Part shown: one piece after another, positions 1 to 64,000 of the stretch | Position numbering within the stretch: position 1 is the first letter of the stretch | How the letters are laid out: each line of letters opens with the position of its first letter | From: Podarcis cretensis | Lineage: Eukaryota | Direction of reading: 5' to 3' | NCBI GenBank assembly: GCA_951804945.1 | Contig: OX638150.1 | Coordinates: 43,586,001-43,650,000 of the forward strand | Length of the DNA: 64,000 nt | Notes under the pieces: model-generated | The model's database searches: none | What the model saw: the letters and a program-made list of their open reading frames with translations, nothing else | Told to the model about the DNA's origin: nothing | Program-made: the position numbers and the translations under genes

Positions 1-2
1 TA

Positions 3-56554
<56,552 letters not shown>

Positions 56555-56576
56555 GCTGCACTCGATGCTGGAGCTG

Positions 56577-56603
56577 TCAGCAACCTGGAGCCACTCTGGT
56601 CAT
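56577..56603 (-). promoter_or_regulatory. uORF MTRVAPGC* in the inferred 5' UTR
   Basis: GGG-ATG ACC AGA GTG GCT CCA GGT TGC TGA, ending 22 nt before the main ATG; depends on the 56630 acceptor being used. Confidence 0.5.
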
Positions 56604-57306
56604 CCCAGAGTGGAGGACACAACAGCAGGCCTGGTGGAAGAAAGAAGAGGAGTCTTGAGTCTGGTTAGCAGCAGAAGCAGTTTACCCTCTGCCCTTACTT
56701 TGCCCCAAGTAAAAGTCACAACTCTTCTGCATTGTCTTCCCTGCTCTAGGACCCATATGTTGTTGTCCCAATCAGCCCACCACCACTCAGTGTATTTCCT
56801 AGGAAGCCCCTACAGCTCAACTCATCTACCTATGCCCATACAATCATGGAAGCCTTTTCTCTAGAAGAGGGGGTTCTAACAGAAAGGGGCATAAGGTGAT
56901 GAAGTTGTCACTTCCCTCAAAAAGTATAAATCATTTAAATTTTAAAGGAAGGGAATTATTTATATATCAGTTATTATCTGCCCTTCACTGTAAGGCCCCA
57001 GAACAGGAAACAACAGAATATACAGTTATAAAAACAAAAGTTTTTTTTTCTTTGAAAAGAATTGCAACTAAGTAAAACTGTTCCAGTCAAAACCAAAAGA
57101 GGTGGGTCTCACAAAACAAAATACTTTTAACTGTCAAAGGCCAGGGTAAATAGGTTCATTTTTGGCATGCAACAGGAGCTGCAAAACAGACCTGCCCAAA
57201 GCTGTGTCCCTATTCCTGTTCTGCGCTGTACCTTAAAACCCAGAGTCCTCCATACCCAGGCTCTGTTCAGGTACTCCCCTTACCCCCACTAATTTTAGGA
57301 GCTGGT

Positions 57307-57308
<2 letters not shown>

Positions 57309-57371
<63 letters not shown>
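57309..57371. repeat. (AC)n followed by a poly-A run
   Basis: Read directly; lies just left of the hAT MITE TSD. Confidence 0.95.
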
Positions 57372-57384
57372 CACCGACTGCAGC

Positions 57385-57531
57385 CAGTGGCGTAGCGTGG
57401 GTTGTCAGCACCCGGGGCAAGGCAAGTAATTTGCGCCCCCTAACCCGTGGATTTGCGCCCCCTAACCCTAACCCCCAGATGTTGCGCCCGGTGCGGCCGG
57501 CCCCCCCTGCACCCCCCACGCTACGCCACTG
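57385..57531. mobile_element. Young hAT-type MITE
   Basis: Perfect 17-bp TIR CAGTGGCGTAGCGTGGG, perfect 8-bp TSD ACTGCAGC, CpGs intact. Confidence 0.88.
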
Positions 57532-59009
57532 ACTGCAGCATAGTAGCAGCTGTTTCATCATGCATGAAAAGTACAACCACTTTGGTGGTGCATCATTCTC
57601 AGTGCCCTTGCTGAAATGGCTCCCAACCATATAGATGTGAAGGCATCCTCCACTCTAATCCTACCCTACTTTTCTCAGAGCCCCACTTACCCTGCAGCTG
57701 CAGCCCGCCTCTCTATGCTTGCAATGTCTGCAAAGCCATGTACACTTTCCCACACGAGCAACAATGACGTCCACTATGAACTGGGGCTCATTTAAACCAA
57801 GACAACAGAGAGATGGAGACAGAAATATGATGCCCTTTCTGGAATTTTCCAAAGTAATGGCTTCAAAAACTTTGTATTAAAGCCAGCCTTGCTGCAAAGT
57901 TACACAAGCCTACATACAGTACAACCCTTTCAGTCCAAGAAAGGGAAGCACAAATACTTGGCGTGAACATGCAAAGAGCTGCACAGGAACAGTAAAGAAC
58001 CAATGGAAGTTTATGATTGCAACATGAAAGGGGTGGCCTATCTAGAGGGGGTATGCCTTGGGAAGGAGGTATGGCTTCAGGAGAGTTCAGAGGACTGGCT
58101 AGAGAGGGCCTGAGGTTCCCCACCCGGGCCTAAAACACTGGACCCAATGAGTGATCATTGGAGCCAGGGCAGGAGGAGGTTAATGACCACTAGGCCCATC
58201 AGGGCAGTGTTTAAAGCGGGGGGCACAATTCAAATCACCCTGACAGCTACACTTACATTCTTACTAGTTCAGGAAAATAACACTGCCTTGTTAACCATAA
58301 AAAGGCATTTTTGTTACTAATTTTAATACAGTGTTTTCCAAGCCTATTCTCTATCAACTTGTTTTCTCTTGGAACACTGCAGCCCTTCTTTTTGTGCCCA
58401 ACAGTGCTTTCTTTTTCCTCTAACATGACTTTGTCTCTGTCTGCCTGTCTGTCTCTCTGCCGCTCCCTCTCAAAGCTATGCTCAGTCCTCTTGTTCCTCA
58501 ACCCTCTCTCTGCACTCCTTCTGAAAATTTGCGTCCCTGGACAAAACAACAGTGCTTCCAGGAAGCGTTCCCCCCACCCCCCTCCATGGAATATGGAGAT
58601 ACACTTCTGTGTGCAGAAGCTTCATTATTTCTTCTATTGCTATTTATTTGTCACTTTCCTCACAAAGGTGACCCAAAGAGACTTACATTATAACTGTTGT
58701 TCATCTGTTCTAGATTTTATGAAATGGTTTGTCTACCTGTTTGTTTGTTTGTTTGTTTGTTATCTTATTTGTTTGGACACCTCTTGAGATATAATCGCCA
58801 AACTTGGCATGAGGGTTCCCAAGATAAGAGCAGCTGTCTTCATCATAGTTTGGACGCAGGGTGCCATTTTGAATCAAGATGGTGGACCAAAATGTGACTT
58901 GGGCATGAGTTCGCCTGATTTTTGCTGTGATGAGTCCAAACTCAGAAATCACAGTACCCATTTTTAAATCACTCTTTTTTTGGGGGGGGAGGGCTTCTAT
59001 CATCCTCCA

Positions 59010-59760
59010 TGAACTATGTCTAAATTCTTTTTAAAGCTATCTAAGATAATGGCATCCATCACAACTTGCGGCTGTGAACCTCACAGGTTAATTGAACAAA
59101 CACTTCCTTTTATCTGTTCTGAATCTCCCGCCAATCAATTTCATTGGGTGACTCCCAAATTCAACTATGATGTGGAAACCTATTACTTTCGCCACACCAT
59201 AATTTTCTAAACTTCTATAAGGTCCCCCTTCGTCATCTTTTTTCTTTTTTCTAAACGGAAAAAACCAAACAACCCCAGACACTTGAGCTATCATAGGAAA
59301 GAGGTTCTGATCCCTTGGTCATTTGGCTTTTCATTTTCAGTTCCATTATCTTTGTTTGAGACGAATGACCAGAAGTAAGCACAGTATTTCAAGTTTGACA
59401 GTACCACAGATTTAGACATTATGATACTTGCTATTTTATTTTCAATCTCTTTTCCTTGTAATTTCCAATATGGAATTTGCCTTTTTCACAATTGGTGCAG
59501 CTTAAGTTTATGTTTCTCTTTCCTGCAAAGTCATGGTTAGTTCATGTGTTGTAAAGGACTAGGATTTTTTTTAATCCCATTGTGCATAACTTTTCATTAA
59601 CTTATATTCAGTGTTACATGCCAATGTCCATCCACCCAGTTTAGAGACATCCTTTTGGATTCTCCACCCCCTCAGTCTGTCTGGGATCCTACCATCCTGA
59701 ATAATTTGGTATATTCCATGGTTGCTACCTCACTTGTGACTCCAGATAATTTTTGGAAGG
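59010..59760 (-). mobile_element. Degenerate CR1-like LINE fragment
   Basis: Recognisable squamate CR1-like motifs (ttttaaagctatctaag...catcacaac; gaccagaag..cacagtatttcaag); boundaries approximate. Confidence 0.5.
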
Positions 59761-60526
59761 TTGAAATCCCCCTTTTTTTTCCCTGCACCCCAAAGTACAC
59801 ATTCTGCACCATATCTGTAACTCCTTTTTTCATTGAGCATCTGTTGTTGTGTTTCTGTCAACTTCCCCTACTTTTCTACTCCTTGTTGAGTTTTGTTGTA
59901 ACAATATATACTGCTAGCAATTCACACATTGAGGGAACATCAGACGCAGGCAGGCTGAGCCATGCAGGACTGCAACATGATGGAAAAAGTGGTACCAATT
60001 CCATCATGTGGCTCTGAATCCAGGGAGGAGAACAGCAACACAAAATATGATCTGTGCATTCTCCCATCACCACCAGTGGTGGGCCTGCATAGGCCATGGT
60101 TGCTTCCATAGGCCTCAAACAGGCTTTTGGAATCTCCCCCAGGGCCACATTCTGGCCTTGCGGCCTTATGCTCTGCAGGCCCAATCTTAATACAGAATTC
60201 AGCAATGGCAGCAAACGCTTTAAACTTACTATGCATGGTTATCTTTCCCCTCATAACTAGCACATAACCCAGTGGGATAAGTCAGCACTGGAGAGCACTG
60301 AGTATAGAGTGAGCCTAGCATGCATTATCCTTGGAAGTACTGAGGTCATACTGAAATAAAGGAAGAAATGTTCATCACCCTCCACGCTAATAAGTTGGAG
60401 ACAGAAATCAGAAGCCCCAGCTCACACTTTCTTGCATGAATACTGAACAGTGGTCCTCTTTCATCAAAGGCTGTGAGTCTAAATCTCATGTGAGGTGGAT
60501 ATTGCTCTGGCCACTTGGCTACCTAC

Positions 60527-60540
60527 GTTGCCATGGAAAC
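60527..60540. promoter_or_regulatory. RFX X-box motif, identical 14-mer
   Basis: GTTGCCATGGAAAC. Confidence 0.55.
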
Positions 60541-63500
60541 GGGCCTGAAATCCAGTGTGCCCACAGCCAGAAGGCCTTTCTGGTGCTGTTTCAGTCAAAG
60601 GGAAATATTAAAGTGACACTTGATCAGTGCCTACCCAAGGCTCATATATTTCTCCTGCCCCATACCCCTGGGATGTGAAATTCAATGTGTGGTGATAACA
60701 GAGGGCAGGAACCAGGCGTGTTCCAGCTCTGGGGGGAATGGCATATAGAGAGATGTTTTGCTCCATTATTGGGCTGTCCTGTAGTCTCTATTTACCAAAA
60801 GAAGGGTGTAAACATGGGATTAAGTATTTTTGACACAGAAGAAACAACAACCCACTCCCCAGCCATAATCCCCATAGCCAAACCTGATAACAGGCCCCTG
60901 CTGGCAGACAGATGCTCTGACAGCTGCTACTCGCCCCCCAGCTGAGCTACAATGGGGCCTTTGCTGAATTAAACACAATAGCTTCTCCATCTTCTGGCCC
61001 ACCCCCTGTGCTCTGACCCACAATGCCAATTTCATTTGTAGGTTAAGGACAAGGAAATGTCCACTCATAATGGGAATGTGTACACTGTATTGCCAAGCTA
61101 AGAAAAATATCCACTGCCTTGTACAGGAATTTTTGGTTTGCACAGCTTGACCTGAAAGAGGAATGACATCTTGTGGGAGTGTCAGGGAAAAGGCTTGGGA
61201 ACCAGATTTCAGAGAAGTGGGGATAGGAGATGTCAGGACTCCTGGGGTCTATACACCAGACCCGGCCCATCCCAAGTTGTCTGCACACACCCTCTGTGTT
61301 TTGTGTTCTGCATATGTGATATGAAAAAGCATGTCACTTTTCCAGAGGGAGCCACAATGAAGGACTCTGCATTTTAAATGAAATGCAAGGGAACAAGAAA
61401 ACATAAAATAAAAGTGCTGTTTCCAGTAGTCCCTGCCTCCCATGCCCCCTGCTGTTGAATTCTCCCTAGTGCTGCAGATGGGTGCTTGCAATCACAGCAG
61501 GAGGAGTGTTTCCCCCTGAGCATTTTGACTCCTGCAAGTTTCCCCAACTTGGAAGGGGCTGCTGACAGCTACTGCACAGAGGGAAGAGAGATACAGCTGT
61601 CCCACTCTTGGCTTCCTTGCCTGGGTCTCTGGCAACGAGACAGTGATTCCCCATGGAAGCTGAGGGCACAACATGAGCAAGCAGTTGTAAATTTCCTCAT
61701 AGAATAAAAGAGTATGGCTTTAGCTCAGAGCAGGACAAGAGATGGGGTGAAATAGGACCATATATATCACAGCCAGGGAACACTGTGTCCTGAACAAGAG
61801 CCATTCTCTCCATGTTCCCTACACTGCCCAAATTTAATATGGGATGCAGGCAGAGCAACGGCTGATGCAAAAATAATCCCCACTTCAGTGGCACCTTCCA
61901 TACTCCATTGCAGTGACTAATAACATCTTGGACTAATAAAACTGCAAATGGGTCTCCAGCCTGAGAAAGCCTGCTATGAAGGGGCACAACGGAGGCTCAA
62001 GGAGGCAGGACCATACAAAAACAAGCATTCATTAACAACAACTGTGCAAAATATACAATACAGAAGCTCAAGCTAAACTTTTGCAGCACAATGTATTCTA
62101 CTACACCTTGCCCACAGGAGACTACATCTTTTTAAAATTATGCAATGGATGAGAATGCCCACCACTCTCCCTGTTTCCCAAACAGTCTCTTGACTGAGGC
62201 CTCATATACTCATATAGATTTTTACTCTGTAAGACTGGTAATACACCATGGGTGGGGCTACCTTCTTATCAGGATTGTAGGTACAATAGTTATAACCTGT
62301 ATGGCAGAGTTGGCTAACTTCTGCACAAATTTTGGCAGTGGCAAAAAAAGGGGGAGACAATTAAAGCGGGCACAGAAATCTGGTAGGCAGAGAAGATACA
62401 AAATGAACTACATATGAGGTGTGAGGGGGCCACACCAACCATTGGTGCGCAGCCTCCAGGAGGTTTGGTCCAGGATGAACGTGGCCCTCAGGCTAAAAAA
62501 AGGTTAGCTGCATGGTGTAGAACAGTGTTTCTGTGATCAAATTGGTTCACATACTATCAGTGTTGACAGAAGAGCACCATGTAACCATGCTTACTGGTAT
62601 TTATTCCTGTAAGGGAGCGTGTCCACAACCAACCAGTGACTCTGATTGTCATCAGTATTCAATAACTGTTAGCATTCTTATGACCATGTACCATGTGGAG
62701 TTAGCACTTACCCAATTTACTACTCTGGAAAGAAGTATTATTGATCATCATGATGGCCACAATTTGTGCAGCACTTTTATTAAAGTGCAGAGCACTTTAT
62801 AAACTTTTTTGTTCACTCCCATTTGAATATACAATCAATAAGGAAAATACCTGCAGCTGCATCTGGTTCGTGCCTCTCTCAGGCCTGGTCCCCCTTTTCC
62901 CTACCTCACATCATCATTCCCTTGCTTCTTGCAACACAATACTCCCCAGCAATTGTGTCAGCACAAACTGATGGGAGAGATTATCCCCTGCAGAGCCTTT
63001 CATGTTAATTTCCTGCTTCACCATGCAAACTGACCCAAAGAATCCCAGTTTAAGCTAGAGATTTAACAAGCAGGCTGAAAGATGCCCCCATGTTGCCCCT
63101 TCCCACTATTGAGAGAATGCTGTCCAACTCCAGCCTCAGCAGGGTCCCATGTCTTTGTCCTGCAGCACTTCACCTTGTTTGCTCTGGGCTTTGTGAAGCA
63201 GGGCCAGGAGTACGCTTCCCCAGGCAGGGCTGTGTGCATTAAAGACACTTCAAAAACCCTCCCTAATTATGGATTTATCATCTCTCCACAAGGCTGCTCT
63301 CTCACTCTTTCTCTCTTGGGAAAAGACGCCGCTTCTTAAGAAACTGCCTAATTACATCTAAAACTGCCAAATTATTGCATTACCCCCAAGAGGGCGGCGA
63401 TGTACATATCTCTGTAATGTACACCAGGGTGAGACAGCAGCCAGATGTAGGCCTGGAAGAGATTATTACACAAGGGAAGCAAAAGGGCATTTGTAGCGTG

Positions 63501-63770
63501 TCTGTAGCTGGCGCAGTGTGATCCAGTGACTGAACACTGGAGTTGGAACAAAAACAATGGGCCTTTAATTCTCAGATTTGGAAGATGAGTAGGGTCTGGA
63601 TGGAGAAAGCAGAAAAAGGCTCGGTAGGAAGATGGACCTACGGATGCGATGCCTGTTTATTGCTGCATGACCATTAGGAAAGCCTTCTCTCTCCCCATCT
63701 TGCAGACAGCAGGCTCAAGCCATTTGCTTTCCATGATACAGCCCTTGCAAGGAAGTCCCTGGGAGGAGAG

Positions 63771-63943
63771 GGGGAAAGCATAGCTCAGTGACAGAGCACA
63801 TGCTTTGCACATAGAAGGTCCCAATCCCAGGCAAAGAACAAAGTAAAGAGGACTAGGTAGCAGATGATCAAAAAGGCCTTTGACCGGGACCCCTGAGAGC
63901 TGCTGCCGTTCAAAGCAGACAACGCTGGCCTAGATGGGCAAAT
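63771..63943 (+). mobile_element. tRNA-derived SINE (Squam3-like), degenerate
   Basis: A-box head TAGCTCAGTGACAGAGCACATGCTTTGCAC..GAAGGTCCCA, disrupted B box, body gagagctgctgcc...agacaa..ctgg..tagatgg. Confidence 0.7.
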
Positions 63944-64000
63944 ATTTTTAAAGGCAGGGGCTTATGTTCCAAAGCATGACTGAAAAGGCAGCAGCATGTG

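Noticed and set aside
63771-63830. tRNA gene
   Set aside because: B box is broken and the sequence continues into a SINE body.
56631-64000. Separate gene or ADGRL1 promoter upstream of the first coding exon
   Set aside because: No CpG island or coherent exon chain; short ORFs are repeat-derived or random. Probably intron 1.

Overview
Vertebrate genomic DNA; the repeat content (Squam3-like SINE, CR1/L2 tails, Penelope hairpin, hAT and Tc1 MITEs) points to a squamate, probably a lacertid lizard (inference). The window is occupied by one minus-strand gene, ADGRL1 (latrophilin-1/LPHN1). I assembled 21 coding exons by hand from the ATG at 56554 to position 47 (3652 nt, about 1217 codons), all GT-AG with consistent phases. 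They encode signal peptide, rhamnose-binding lectin, KVEQK microexon, olfactomedin, Ser/Thr linker, HormR, GAIN/GPS, 7TM and the start of the C-tail. The last exons lie left of the window; the promoter and first non-coding exon probably lie right of it. Introns hold an internally deleted class-I ERV with a tRNA-His-type PBS, an inverted solo LTR of the same family about 48 kb away, several MITEs, LINE/SINE remnants and microsatellites. Best leads: the inverted LTR pair bracketing coding exons 2-18, a stop-free in-frame intron between the tethered agonist and TM1, a candidate 21-nt ICL3 microexon, and a Penelope-type hairpin with a decayed hammerhead core. No clearly new biological system is established from sequence alone.
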